Shown: piece after piece, positions 13,830 through 27,174 of the stretch
Numbering within the stretch: the stretch's first letter is position 1
Layout of the letters: each line of letters begins with the position of its first letter
DNA from: Rhina ancylostomus
Taxonomy: Eukaryota
Direction: 5' to 3'
Length of the DNA: 64,000 bases
NCBI GenBank assembly: GCA_030265395.1
Contig: JARFYF010000001.1
Location: forward strand, 20,631,662 to 20,695,661
Made by a program: the position numbers and the translations under genes
Notes under the pieces: generated by a model
The model's input: only the letters and a program-made list of their open reading frames with translations
The model's database searches: none
What the model was told of the DNA's origin: nothing

Positions 13830-14250
13830 AAATTACATGGAGTCATACAGCACAGGAATAGTCCCATGATCCACTATGTCCATATTAATCATCAAGTACC
13901 CATCTATACTAATCCTATTTACCAGCATTTTGTCCATAGCCTTCTCAACCTTCGTGATTCAAGTGTTCATCTGGATCTTTCTTAAATGTTGTGCGTGTAC
14001 CTGCCTCTTCTCCATTCAGGCATTGCATTCCAGATTCCGACCACCCTCTGAATGAAAAGGTTCTTCCTTAGATCCACTCTGACCCTCTTTCCCATTATCT
14101 TAAAACTATCCCTTTAATTTTAGATCCCTCTCCTTGTAAAAAAAATCTTACTACCTACCCTATCTATGCCTCTCATAATTTTGTATACCTCTATCAGGTC
14201 CCCCCTCAGCCTCCTCTGCTCCAGGGAAAGCAAATCCAGCCTATCATATC
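13830..14250 (-). mobile_element. CR1 LINE 3' fragment
   Basis: tatctatgcctctcataattttgtatacctctatcaggtcccccctcagcct reads RLRGDLIEVYKIMRGID on the minus strand. Confidence 0.85.
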
Positions 14251-15109
14251 TCACCTTTCTTGTTTCCTTAATTCTGTATGTCTTTTTGATTCAGCAGAAA
14301 GGGAATTATCATTAGGTCAAGCTAAAGCATAATACACATCAAGGTCTGTATGAGCTTGAGCATGATGTAACTTTGTCCAAGTTTGACCCTGTCGAAGTTT
14401 GCATTGAACTGGGTGAGTGACAACCAATAAGTTACCAGTGGCTTTAGAAGTGTAGGATCAAGAACAGATTTCTCCTGCATTTTTCTCAATTGTATGGCCA
14501 ATGTCTGAACAAAATTATTTATGTTCTCTCTACTCTTTTTAATTCTCTATTGAGCTCTGAATCTAATATGTTCCAAACACAGGTGCAGTTATCCAGCACT
14601 CCAATGCTTGCTGATGTACATTGTTCCTTGTTCAGCAATGTTTTGTATCCATAACTCCATCCAATGGCCTCACCATTGCCCATCGCCATAACTTCATCCA
14701 TCCATCCATCCATCCCGCTGACAATTTGTACTCCTCCCATTGTTTAGCAGCTATGGTATAGAATTAGCACCATTTTGGCTCCTTATCAACATTCTGAAGG
14801 GAGCTTTAATTCTGGTCTAATCATTCTGACAGAGTATCAGTCTACATAAAAGGAAACAACAACATTCTTTATTTTGTGAGAAATGACCTTCATCATCAAT
14901 TCTCAAAGCAGAAAATTGAGAATGTCACTAATAAAATGTAGAATTCATCAATCAAAAGTTTCTTTTTCCCCTTTCAGGAAATTATTCTGATGTTTCTATA
15001 TACTTTTAATGTCAGTATACATTGCTATTACCTATATTCTGTTCACTTCTTAACCCTGTAATTCCCCGACATTTCTTAAAGGCACAGAAAATATGAATTT
15101 ATTTTAAAA

Positions 15110-15345
15110 AATCACAGATGCTGGAAACCTAAATTAAAAACAGAAAGTGCTGCAAATGTTTGGCAGGTCAGGCGACATCTGTGGAAAGAGAAAATCAGTT
15201 AATGTTTTAGGTCGAAAACCCTTCATTAGAACTGTGAACGAGAGAAAGCAAGCAAGTTTTAAGTTCCAGAGAACATGGAGGGGGAGGGATGGATAGGTCA
15301 AAGGGAATATGACAGGGGAAGGCCAGGGGTGCCATGGGGATAGCA
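15110..15345. mobile_element. Penelope-like pLTR fragment with decayed hammerhead core
   Basis: acagatgctggaaa...ggcaggtcaggcgacatctgtgga...gttttaggtcgaaaacccttcattag. The same motif recurs at ~19005, 19810, 26623 and 30005. The family assignment is inference. Confidence 0.6.
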
Positions 15346-17237
15346 CACAAGATATCTTGGTAGAATTCACAAGTGACTAAAGTTGATGAGAATATAGAAG
15401 CATGTTTCAAGTCAATTCATTTTATTGTCATTAAGTTTATTAGCAAATATTCATTGTTGATTGTAAGAACAAAATTACAATAAAACCCAATCATAGCAAT
15501 GCCTAAAATTGGCCCAAATTTTAACAAGCATTNNNNNNNNNNCATTAAACAGGCATAGCAAAGTCACATATTCACCCCAATCCAATTCCTTCCATTGTAA
15601 CTTAATAATCCCATGTTGTGAACATGTAATTCAATTTTAGCCACTGTGGCACTAATAATGACCAACTTTGTCTTCCAACTAAAAGCAGGAATATATCTGT
15701 TTTCCTTCATAATTAATGAGTTTTTAATAAAAATTGTGGGAATAGTGGCTTTAATTTCATTAGTGGGTGGCTAATTATGGGAAAACATAGACATTTCCTG
15801 CTACTTTTATTAAAAGTGAGAACTGGACCCTTGGGATAAAAAAAGCACTTTGCTCAATTAAAAGTTTACCACAGCATCAAACCTCACATGTATATTCTTT
15901 ATGGGGGTGTGGGGAAGGTTATGTGACAGTAATCTTTCATTACACTGGATCTTAGTGTAATGCAACTGGCAATGACAGATTTGCTTATGAGTAGATTTTC
16001 ATGTAAAAAAAAGGGGTCAAGCAGCTATTTTGGTATGAAACGGTGATTTTGTTTTATTAGTTATTTCAACTTGCATCTCTGCCACCTTGCACATTCAGGG
16101 TTAGGGAACAGACAATTGATGATTCTAGTCCACAATCACAATTACTGTATCTTCATTGTGCTGATATGTTTGCTCTTGATATGGCTTAATATGCCTGGTC
16201 TTCCTTGCTCAGCCTGAAAGGAACTAAGCCTCAGTGTCTGGGATCTCCAGCACTGCAAGGTCCAGTAATCAAGCCTAAAGCCCTCTTCCTGCTTGCGGTC
16301 TATGATTCACCAGATGACACAGGACAGTGGGCAAAATGTCAGGTGCTGTGTTGTAAAACTGATCTTACACAATGATTCACAGATGGATTGGTTACCAACA
16401 GCTAAAAGTAAAACCTAGTAACCATGTAATGGCCCTTTTATTTCCGAACATCTGGAAGTGGATGTGTAGTCATCAGTGCTGTGGTACTCACCATTGTCAT
16501 TCACACTTTCTGACTATTATTATTCATTAAGGTCTCACTACAATCTTCATAGTCTTGAATCCTGAAATGTTCCTGAATATATTTGTTACATAATCATATT
16601 GTCTTTATCAAAGCAATCACCTTCTTGAAGTGATTGTTGTTGGCATTGACAGCAAAGGATTTTCTGTGCAATTATTATTTTTAAGCTAATGATCCTTAGT
16701 GAACTGATCCTCAGGTGCAGATGACCTAACATGATGATGAAAAGGTGTTTAAATCTATTGATGTCACCACTTCTGGGTTTTTAAAGCTGGTAGGTTGTAG
16801 ATCAAAAGCCCAACTTCAGCTACTAGTAAACCCAAAAAGTTTTAATGTGCTACCAAAATAGTAGAGTGAGAAGCCTGCAAGTGAATCATTATTTAAACAT
16901 AATGAGAAGGTAACATCTGATTCACTGCAAGGATACAGTGGGTGTTTTGTTCAAGGATGGAGAGTTCATTTTGTGATGAGTACTTACTGAAACCAAAACG
17001 GAACCTGCTTGGGAAGACAGCAAAGGCCAGCAATTTTGCACTCAAAGCAACACAGTAAAATTAAAAAACTGTTATAACTTTTAATTTCCAAGGAGTAACA
17101 ATAAATATGAAATAACAATGACAATGATTCTCTCTAATATAGTCATTCAACTATTAAATTCTCAGCAAAATGTAAGTCAATTGTGTATTTTCCTGTGATT
17201 ACTACTGCAGTTTTGTGGATCCTTTCAATTATAATGC

Positions 17238-17410
17238 AAGGAGTTTGTATGTTCTCCCTATGTCTCCATGCGTTTCCTCTGGGTGCTCTGATTTCCTCCC
17301 ACATTCTAAAGATGTATGGGTTGGTTAACATGAATTTAAAATGGGCAGCACAAACTCGATGGGCCAGAAGGGCCTGTTACCGTGCTGAATAAATAAAGTT
17401 TTAAAGTAAA
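17238..17410 (+). mobile_element. V-SINE 3' part
   Basis: V-core aggagtttgtatgttctcc...tttcctcccacattctaaag, then tail gggccagaagggcctgttaccgtgctg. Confidence 0.8.
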
Positions 17411-17849
17411 GTTTTATATTGCCCATTTAGAGGGCATTGTGAAGGCTCGCCTTTGACTAGTATGACAAGAAAATGGGGAATAAATGTACATATGCAGTAG
17501 TGGTGAGCTGAAAGGCTACTATGTCTGACAATTTGAATGCTTTAGCTGAACTTCCATCTTTGGAGGTACATTGATAGCATCATGTGGTTTGTTACTCATC
17601 TTCTTCATGTATGATTTTAAGTTGTGCTGAAACAAGTTCCTGGAACAAACTACCACTAGGAGTTCATGATGACTTCTTTAGAGGATGCATATCCATAATC
17701 TTTGTTTCTTTAACACTATCTGTCCCCCAACAGCCATCAGCCTCTTACTCCCCCTTCCCCAAGTATGCACCACACATATTCACTTTTCTTCCCTGTGATC
17801 CGTTGTACCTTCAAAGTGGCTTAATATCACTATACAGATTTGTGTAAGT

Positions 17850-18125
17850 GTCATTATTCATTCTATTTGGGATGTGGATGTTGATATCAAGGGCAGCATT
17901 TATTACCTCTCCCTGATTATCCTTGAGAAGATGGTAGTGAGCCACGTTCTTGAAATGCTGCAGTCCTCCTGCTGAAGANNNNNNNNNNNNNNNNNNNNNN
18001 NNNNNNNNNNNNNNNNNNNNNNNNNNNNNNNNNNNNNNNNNNNNNNNNNNNNNNNNNNNNNNNNNNNNNNNNNNNNNNTACTCTCTCAATGCCACTGGAT
18101 AGGAGTTCCAGGATTCAGACCCATC
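17850..18125 (-). mobile_element. CR1-group LINE 3' fragment spanning a gap
   Basis: gcagcatttattacc...ccttgagaagatggtagtgagcc; same family as 1885-2235. Confidence 0.6.
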
Positions 18126-19004
18126 CATTCACATGCATTTTCCAGGAGAGGCTCAGGGGCTGTAATCCCTGCTGATTTTTTTTTCTGCCTTAGTTTAGGG
18201 ACACCAAGATGATGTGAAATGTCCCCCCTACATCCCATATCATGTCACATAACCTACCAAAGACTAAGGATTGAGTCTTTAACTTTCTTCATAACTCAGA
18301 ACCATACTAATGCACTGAATGACTGTGAACTCTGGGAAATACTGAATCAACTGTTTGACTCAGCTGAAATATCTATTTCTTAGATTGCTAAAATGTACTT
18401 ATATTTGCAGCTACTTAAGATGAAATAGAATATAAAATGAGATGAATGTGTATTGAAACCTCAAAGAGCTGTGAAAAGAAAGAGGAAATGATATCAAAAT
18501 ATCTTCCAAAATTGAGAAACCAAAGAGAAGGGCTACAATGCCACCAGTTTGAAAAGCATCAGAGAGATATCAACAATTTACATTTTGTTAGCACTACCAT
18601 ATCCCATCAAAGCTTGTCAAAATCACAGCTTGGGATTTCCAGTCGACATCAATGGTTCTCACCACTGGTAAATCCTTACCTGTAAAGATTTAGCCAACAT
18701 CAATTGTTGTCAGTTGTCAATTCTAGAACATCTCTGGCATCCTATAACTGCATGTTATCAAACAGGGAGAGTGACTAAAAGAATTCCACAGGCAACAAAG
18801 AGGAAGTAAAGAGCACAGATTTCAGCTAACATTTTAGATATTTTATAAAATGTGAAATAATTATTAGATATCTACATAACTAAAGGATGACAGGAATATT
18901 GTGAACAAATATTATGTAGAATAACCACAGAAGTCATTTATTTCCATGATCAGAGACCTTGCCATCATCAGTCATCATTCTGGAGTGACAGTAAGGTACA
19001 TATT

Positions 19005-19200
19005 AAGATGCCAGAAATCTGAATGAAAACAGAAAATGCCAGAAATACTCAGCAAGTCAGGCAGCATCTGCAGAAAGAGATCTAATGTAGGATATTCAGC
19101 CTGAAACAATAATTCTGCATTTCTTTTTCTACAATCTGTTTATCTGTGGAGTATTTCCAGAATTTCTATCCTTATTCCATTTAAATGTATTTCTCTGTTT
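19005..19200. mobile_element. Penelope-like pLTR remnants in inverted arrangement
   Basis: cagaaaatgccagaaatactcagcaagtcaggcagcatctg is followed by its inverted remnant gagtatttccagaatttct. Confidence 0.5.
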
Positions 19201-19804
19201 TGAATTGATACTTCCAGCATTTGATGTTGTGTGTGTGTTCCTTCTAGCTGTTCCTGGAGTTAAGGGTATAACATTGATGGTGGCTGTTTGGCCAACTTTT
19301 AAAAAATCAGCTGCTTGTTTTGGTGCTTCTGATGCGACCAAGTCATTGCCAAAAGTTTATTTTTCCCTGTGTTGCTTGAAGATTATTGTTTTAGTTTAGG
19401 AGAAAGAGCCTGAGTCCTTTAAGTATGGCCAAGAGATGACATGGAACTGCTATTGAGATCAGTGCCCACAAATTATAAATAATGTATTCATGATTTTGCT
19501 ACGAGGAGGAATGCTTTTCCTAAATGACAATAAGAAATACATATTTTATTTCTAGTCACTTTACAGGAATGAGCTAGGGATATTTTGTCAGTTCTATTAC
19601 TTGAATTATAAATTGTCATTGTCATTGGCACTTTTGACTTGACTGATTCTGCATGTCATTAATTATGTCATTGATGTTGTGAAATAAGGGCAGGGTTTGG
19701 ATTCAGTTTGGCGAAGTACAGCTACACCATCTAGGTTTGGTCACACCCACGTGATTCAGGTCCTTCTCAGCAAAATCCAATACAGTAAGGGAGGAGAATA
19801 TACC

Positions 19805-19990
19805 TAATATAAACCCAGAAAATATCAGGGATGTTAAGCAGGTTAGGCAACATCTTTGGAGAGAGAAAAGCAAAGCTCTGCTGAAGTGTTATTGACCTGG
19901 AAAGTTAACTGTATCTCTCTCCATAATACTGACCTACGAGGTTTCTCCAGCATTTTCTGGTTTTATTTCTGATTTCCAAAATATGTTGTT
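19805..19990. mobile_element. Penelope-like pLTR remnants in inverted arrangement
   Basis: aaacccagaaaat...gcaggttaggcaacatctttggagagaga, then ctgctgaag...gacctggaaagttaac, then tctctctccat...ccagcattttctggtttt. Confidence 0.55.
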
Positions 19991-21319
19991 TTTCAGTTAA
20001 GGAACATACATAATTAAGCTTGCTACATACCTTAGCAGAATATTGGTTAAAAAGTTAACCTGTCAAATTTGCAGCAGCAAGTCATAACAACAGAGAAATT
20101 TAACTCAGAACACTGACAGTTCTTGGCTCATCTGCCATCACGAAGTTTGGAGTGGATTCATTAATTGATTACTCCAATAAGACTATAATAATTAATATGT
20201 ATTAGTGATTATAAGCAATCATCTATATCACATTTACTCAGCCATTTTTTTTTCGAACTTAGGACTATACTATGGAAAATGGTGCTTGCAAAATTGGCTC
20301 TTTAAATGAAGTGGACAACCCTAGAGAAAGTGAGATAAGTTTAAACTTCTTCTGGTTCTGGCTTAGCTCTGTGTTAAAAAAACAGTGACAGGCTAGACTG
20401 ATGCCAGGTCTGACAATCCAATAGTTATGCAACTACGGCATGGCAGCGTACTCACAGATCATGAGACTGCCAGCAAGACAATGTGCAACAACCATGTCTA
20501 AAAGGAAACATGAAAACTGTAGGCAGAACCTTTTAAGGCTTCTTGGAAGCATTTCTCAATCTTTGGCCAAAGGTGAAAGGTCATCTTCTATGTTTTGTTA
20601 ACAAGAGTAATAGCTTTTGAGCTGGAAATTCTTCACACCCCACCTTTGGGATGAGTCTTGCTTTTTGGAGGGCGTTCACATGTTCTTGTGGTAAATCTAC
20701 TATTTATGCACCCAATTACTAACATATGTGAGAACATTCAGTCATGGACACTGATAATTTTAAACATGGGTTCAACCATGTCCTTTATTGTAAATAACAA
20801 AGTGTGCCCAAGATCACAAAGCCTATGTGTTGGCAATTACTATGGTGCAATGACTACTTCCACACTGAAGACTTAGTAGAGTAATTTACAATTATAGACT
20901 GATGACACAGGGCAGTTTTATGATACAATTTCTGGAACTGTTTGTAAGTTCTGCCCAATATTACTTCATAACTTTCCAAGTGTAGATCAAATGACTTTAA
21001 AGAACCCCTTAGATTCCAGCTGCAGCTAGTTTCTGATGACAGCCTGATTACTCATCTTGATACATGCATACAAAAAAAATCACAATATTCATACACATTC
21101 TTTCAGCTTACCCAGCTTTAGAATGTAGACTTACGTGTTTTTTTTAAGATTTTTAGTTGACTTAACTACGTTCGCAATAGTAGCTGACATATTATGCTGT
21201 TCAAGCATAGTGGAAGGATAGAAGATTAAATGTGCATTGTGAAACTATTAGCGCATTTTAGTCTCACAGCTTTCAGTTACATGAAAGAAGAGGGTGGTGA
21301 CTTCCAACTGTACAATATG

Positions 21320-21976
21320 ACGGCTTGAATTTCAACATTGGACATCTTCTAACTCAATCCAGGATTAAATTGACCTTCAGGCTAGTTAACCACATATTTA
21401 TAGGTGAACGAATAATATGACAAAAATAGTAAATAAGATGTGATTATCATCTACCCTGTTTCATAATGTCAAATTAATTTTAAAAAATCTTGCATTTGTA
21501 TAGTGATTCAGAGTGCCTCAAAATGCGTAATAGTGATGAAGTACTTCGGAAATGTATGGCTCTTCTAATACTGGAAACAGACAGGAAATATGGGTCTTTC
21601 ACATTGGCCATATCAGACCCCACACAAATTAAGTGGAAGTCAGTCATGCTCAACCAACAGGTAATACCTCAGAAGAAGATGACTAGAAATCTCTAAAATA
21701 GATTGTTTAACCAGTATCACATTGCTATTTGTGTGATCTTGGTATTTACAAATTTCCTCCCTTGCTTCCAGTACTAGAAGAACCATACATTTCAGAAGCA
21801 CTTTATTGCTGTGAAACATTTTGAGATTATATGATAAAACAGGGCACACAATAATCACATCTTATTTGATTTCTTTTCAAATCAATCATTTACCTGGAAA
21901 TATGTGGTTAAATAGCTTGAAAGTCTATTTAATCCTAGGTTGAGTTAGAAGAGTCCCATGCCAAGATTCCAGCTGC
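21320..21976. mobile_element. Long palindromic MITE-like element (diverged inverted arms)
   Basis: tcttctaactcaatccaggattaaattgaccttcaggctagttaaccacatattt (~21346) is the reverse complement of aaatatgtggttaaatagcttgaaagtctatttaatcctaggttgagttagaaga (~21898-21952). Similarity continues inward for more than 200 bp. Confidence 0.75.
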
Positions 21977-22404
21977 TACAGATAGAGCAGGAGGTGCCCA
22001 ACAGATTGACTGATTGGTTATTTTGGAGAAAGGCACTCCTTCTATAGTTTAGAAGCCTCTGTAGGCTTAGGAGAAATGAGCTTGATGTTTTTGATGCTAT
22101 CCTGAATACTCCATTTCCATTATGAATATTCACAGCCAGGGATTCCCATGGATCAGCGGGGATGTTTCATCTTGTCAAGAGGGCTTTGAAAACATTGTTG
22201 AATTGTTTTGTTTGTCTGCCTTATAATCTCTTCCCTTGACAGAGATTGGAAGACAATGTCTACCTTGGCAAGTTTGATGCCATGCATGTGAAAAACATGG
22301 CCTGCCGATCAGAGCTGATGGAATATGATAAGGTCTATAGAATTGGGGATATTGGCCTGGGAAGAGGATGCTGACATTAGTTGCTTTGCCTTGCCAGTGA
22401 ATTT

Positions 22405-22612
22405 CTGTGATGTCAGTTGAGTGATTAAAAATTGGCCAGGACACCCAGGGAAGACTTCTTGCTCTTCTCCCAAACAGGGGCTTGGGACATTTTATGTTCG
22501 CCTGATGGGTGGATAAGGAGTTAGGTTTAATTCTTCCTCTGAAGAACAACACCTTCAATACTACAACATTCCTTCAATTCTGCACTGAAATGGCAGCTTG
22601 GATTTTACATTC
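22405..22612 (-). mobile_element. Deu-domain SINE (SacSINE/AmnSINE-like)
   Basis: Minus strand cagtgcagaattgaagg...gaagagcaagaagtcttccctgggtgtcctggccaat matches the recalled Deu-domain consensus. Confidence 0.7.
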
Positions 22613-22939
22613 AAATAACAGTGTTTTCACTTCATAACATGAACATAAACTACAGACAAACCCATTCTTAGCATAGAACAGAAAAATGCCAAATTTATTC
22701 CAAGGAAGAAATGATAATTCATGCAGACCAACACAACAATTATTTAAAGAATAGCCCTGTGATTTGGCCCTGTAATATTGATTAAACACACACATTGCTA
22801 CTCAGTAAAATGGAGTCACTTGTACTTCTTTGCTTCCTTGAAATCTATTGTGTATTGTCCAATCTATATGCAGTGTCCTTAAGCAAAATGGTGTTCTCAA
22901 AATGCATACAATTATGGAACATAGCAATAGCTTACATTA

Positions 22940-23225
22940 AAACAAGGTGAGAGGGGAAAGATTTAAAGAGTACCTGAGGGGCAACTTTTTTACACAGTGG
23001 GTGGTGGATATGTGGAATGAACTTCCAGAGGAAGTGGTAGAGGTAGGTAAAATTACAACATTTAAAAGACTTTTAGACATGTACAGACATGGAAAGGTTT
23101 AGAGGGATATAAGGCCAAATGTATACAAATGGGAGAAGCTCAGGTTGGCAACTTGGTCGGCATGAACAAGTTGGGTCAAAGGGCTTGTTTCCATGCTGTA
23201 TAACTCTCTGACTCTATGACTCTAA
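22940..23225 (+). mobile_element. CR1 LINE 3' end
   Basis: aaggtgagaggggaaagatttaaa...tttttacacagtgggtggtg...tggaatgaacttcc, with tail ctctgactctatgactcta. Confidence 0.85.
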
Positions 23226-23759
23226 CCACTGAGAGAATGCTGCTTGAAAACACACTCAGGTTATGCAATAACCCCATGTTCGAGTAAGTTATAATAAATT
23301 ATGTCCACTTTGAGATCCTGAAAGATCACTAACAATTGTGCAACAGGATTGTAACTTATGTCCATATATTTGTGGTGGGGGAAAATTATGGTAAAAGGAA
23401 TAGATGAGATGGCAGTTTCATATTTTAGTCACCAAGATTCACTGCCATTTTATCGTTCTATGTTGAACATAGTCGCCTGCCAAACTTTCAGCAGAATGGG
23501 TTAAGACCTTAGAAAATTCTTGGCACATAGTTTTAGCTTCAAAATTAATTTTGGAGATGTAACAGAGAATGAGAGAAACTATCTTGTATATAAAAATAAA
23601 TTAACTATAGTATTTTTTTCTCTAAAAAAGAGTAACCATTTCACAGCCACACTAACTTTCTGCATGAGAATCAAGCTGAAAGTCTACATCAATCAATTCT
23701 TACACTTAGGTAAAACAGTTTGTTCCATGCTCTCTGGTGACGGTCATAATTAAATTATT

Positions 23760-24000
23760 TTTTTAAAATTAGATTTAAATTATATTTTACTTACAGCGTC
23801 GTAACAGGACTTTCCGGCCCAATGAGTCCGCGCCACCCATTTTAAACCCCAAATTAAACTACCCATATGTATTTAGATCGTGGAAGGGAACTGGAGCACC
23901 CGGAAGAAACTCATGCAGACACGGGAGAACATACAAACTCCTTACAGAGAGCAATGGGAATCGAACCCCGATTGCTGGTGCTGTAATACCGTGCCGCCTG
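23760..24000 (-). mobile_element. V-SINE
   Basis: Minus strand ggcggcacggt head, B box ggttcgattcc, V core and AT-rich tail. Confidence 0.85.
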
Positions 24001-26622
24001 CTCATGGTCATTGCTCATGGTCATGTCACATTCCTTGTGTAGATCATAGATGATCAGTGATAACATAATTCTTGGGAACCTGCACTGTCTTTGAGTTCTT
24101 TTCTTCCCCTCACTAACTGATGGGCAATCATTTTCCATCATTTCCTTTGCTATTTCTCCCCAATTCCACAACAAAGGTACTTTCCTCTGTTCTTACTGTG
24201 CCAAGAACCCTGCAGAAAACATCGCTATTAATTTGTCTAGTTCATATTATATATTCCTTAAAACTGTCACAGGTCGATATGCCAGTGGCTTACAAATGTT
24301 CCTCATTCAATTTGAAAACATAAGCATATTATCTACTGCTATTAAAGGAGACAATCTGAATAAAGTTAACCGCAGCTGCACAAGAGAGTTAAATGCAGTG
24401 AAAACAGTCTATTTTCTTTGGATAATTAGCAAATTTTATCACAATTATTATAGACATTTAAACTGGCAGAATTCGGTACAAATATGGATGTACAAACAAT
24501 GGATGAATGCTGCATTGGTTGCAATACAATCTAAGTGCATTTCTTGCTGCAAACTCATGTACACAAGTACTCTAAACTAATTTAAGTGTATGCTCTCCAC
24601 TTCAAAGGAGTCAATACTTGATTATGTGCCAACCTGTGTTGATGATGGAGGGGCCAGAGTCATCTTGGATGGGTATGTCAGTTGCACAAATTAGGTCAAT
24701 GTAAAATGCTGTTGCAGATGGCTGTAGGGAATGTATTGGTTCAGTTTCTAGAGGTTTATCACCTTCTAAGAAGTGAATAACTTCAAAGGTATCCTTGTCA
24801 TTGTGAGGGTATTATTGACTGGCTATGGATTGCAAGGACTGCAGGAGATTCACATGTAGATCAAATAAAGTCTTTCATCAGGGTTCACATGAGCTGTTGG
24901 TCAATATTTATTAATCACCATCTGTGACCACTACTCTCCTCCCCTTTTCCTACTGTTTAATAATGCACAGTAAGTAGAACATAGGCCGAGTGGACTACGG
25001 GTCAACAAATTCATTTTAATCACGTAAATGCAAATAAGCTTAGTTCAAAATTTGCTTACTTCTGTTCAGATTTTACATCCCTCACTCATCTTAGGTGTGC
25101 TTGCAACAGAGTTTAGAGAAAAATAATTACTGGAATATTTCATTCATTGATGCATTTCACAATGAGGCTAATAATCACATTTCAAAATAGTAGAGCCCCA
25201 TGTCGACATATATTGGACATACGTCTGGCATTATCTTCTGCTTTCAATCACACCATCTTGTCCAAGATTGTTCTGCTGTATTTTTTAAACATCACATGAT
25301 GGTGAGATGGTGTAGCTGTCAGAATTCCCTGAAATGATTCGCTCTGTGTCAGACACATAGCTGAAATGATGTGCAAGGCAAAAAAAGTAAAGGAAGAAAC
25401 AAACTGAACATTTCTTTTTACCTCTGTCCTTTGCATAAAGTGACAGGGTTATTTCATGAGTCTGATCGCCTGTTTCTAAAAGGGCAAATGTCAGGGTTGC
25501 TTAGACAGCCTGGTACTGTCTACCACAAATTCTACTTGCAAAGCACCTTTTCAGACACTGCCAAAAGGCAGTGCAAAAGATATGTTCTGTGTTGCTCATT
25601 GATACTCTTTTATGACAATCTTCATTATTTTTGTTTCTTTGTGCTTATTTAACAGCTGATGCAGACAGCAAAAGAACAATGTAAATGCAGACATGAGCTG
25701 GTCTGTTGTTCCCCTGTGGAGGTATTGAAACTTTGCTACATTTTAAGTCATGCAAGATGAAAAAGAGACCAGCTTGGTTTATATTTTCCAGTTAGTAGGT
25801 CTGAATTAATGGGAGCACTATGGAGGATATCCTGGAGGGATTGTCCAATATGGCCATAGGGGTAGAATTCAGGAATAAGAGGATTATCACTTTGTTGGGA
25901 TTATGTTATAGACCTCCCAAAAGTCAGCAGGAATTAGAGGAGCAGATATATAAGCAAATCACAGAAAGGCGTAAGAGGAAAAGGGTTATTGTAGTGGTGG
26001 ATTTTAACCTTTCCAAGGTTGGCCAGGATTGCTTTAGTGCAAGGGGCTTTGATGGGATGGAAGTTGTAAAGTGTGTCCAAAAAAGTTATTTGAGAAAATA
26101 TGTCGATAGTCCTACTGGAGACAGGGCTATACTTGACCTCATTTTAAGAAATGAAACTAGACAGGTGGTGGAACTATTGGTGAAAGAACACTTTGGGAGC
26201 AGTGACCATAATTCTGTAAGTTTCACGGTCATTTTGGAAAGGGATAAGGTTTGTCCTCAAGATAAGGTCTTCAATTAGGGGAAGGCTGATTTCAATAGTG
26301 TCAGAGAAGACCTGGTGAAAATAGATTGGGAGCTGATGTTTAAGGGTAAAATCATTGTTGATATGTGGAAGTCTTCCAGAAGAGAATTAGTTCAGGGCCA
26401 GCATGTTCCAGTAAGTGTGAAAGGCAAAGATGGCAGGATTTGGGAACAAAGGATTTTGCAGGTCTGATCAGAATAAAAAAGGCAGCATATGGCAGGTCTA
26501 GGCAACTGGAATCAAGGGACTCTGTTGGGAAACATAGAGTGTGCTGAAGAGAATGTAAGAAAGAAATTAGTAGGACAAAAAGTGGGCATGAAATATCCTT
26601 GGCGTGTAAGATTAAGGAGAAT

Positions 26623-26738
26623 GGAGACACAAGAGACTGTGGGTGCTGGAATCTGGAGGAACTCAAATGGGTGGAGCAGCATCTGTGGGGAAAAAAGGAA
26701 TTATCAATATATTGTGTTGAAACCCTACATCAGGATTC
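26623..26738. mobile_element. Short Penelope-like insertion in CR1 with 14-bp TSD
   Basis: Flanked by direct repeat agattaaggagaat at 26609-26622 and 26739-26752. The insert resembles the pLTR motif (gctggaatctggaggaactca...gcagcatctgtgg...catcagga). Confidence 0.75.
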
Positions 26739-26955
26739 AGATTAAGGAGAATCCCAAATATTCTGTGAGTATACCTGGAGCTAAAAGGTAGCCAGGGAAA
26801 GATTAAACTGTCTGTGAAGTCAAAGGATACGGGCAAATTCCTCTCATTTGTATTCATCAAGAGGAAGGATAAGAGGAGATAATGAGTTCAGGGTTAAGTC
26901 ATGAATAATCTGGAGCAAGTCAATATTAAGGACGTGGCACAAAATTTCATGCAAC

Positions 26956-27174
26956 TGTTACGTACCAGCAACAACAGAAACACACCNNNNNNNNNNNNNN
27001 NNNNNNNNNNNNNNNNNNNNNNNNNNNNNNNNNNNNNNNNNNNNNNNNNNNNNNNNNNNNNNNNNNNNNNNNNNNNNNNNNNNNNNATCTTCTGTTGATG
27101 TAAGCTCGCCACACACACACTCACACACACACAATCTTAAAGGAACCTCACTAATTGTAACCTAGTCCGTCACA
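26956..27174. mobile_element. LTR-type insertion (solo LTR or collapsed element) in CR1, spanning a gap
   Basis: Ends TGTTACG...CGTCACA with 4-bp direct repeat CAAC (26952-26955, 27175-27178); CR1 sequence resumes afterwards. Confidence 0.7.
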
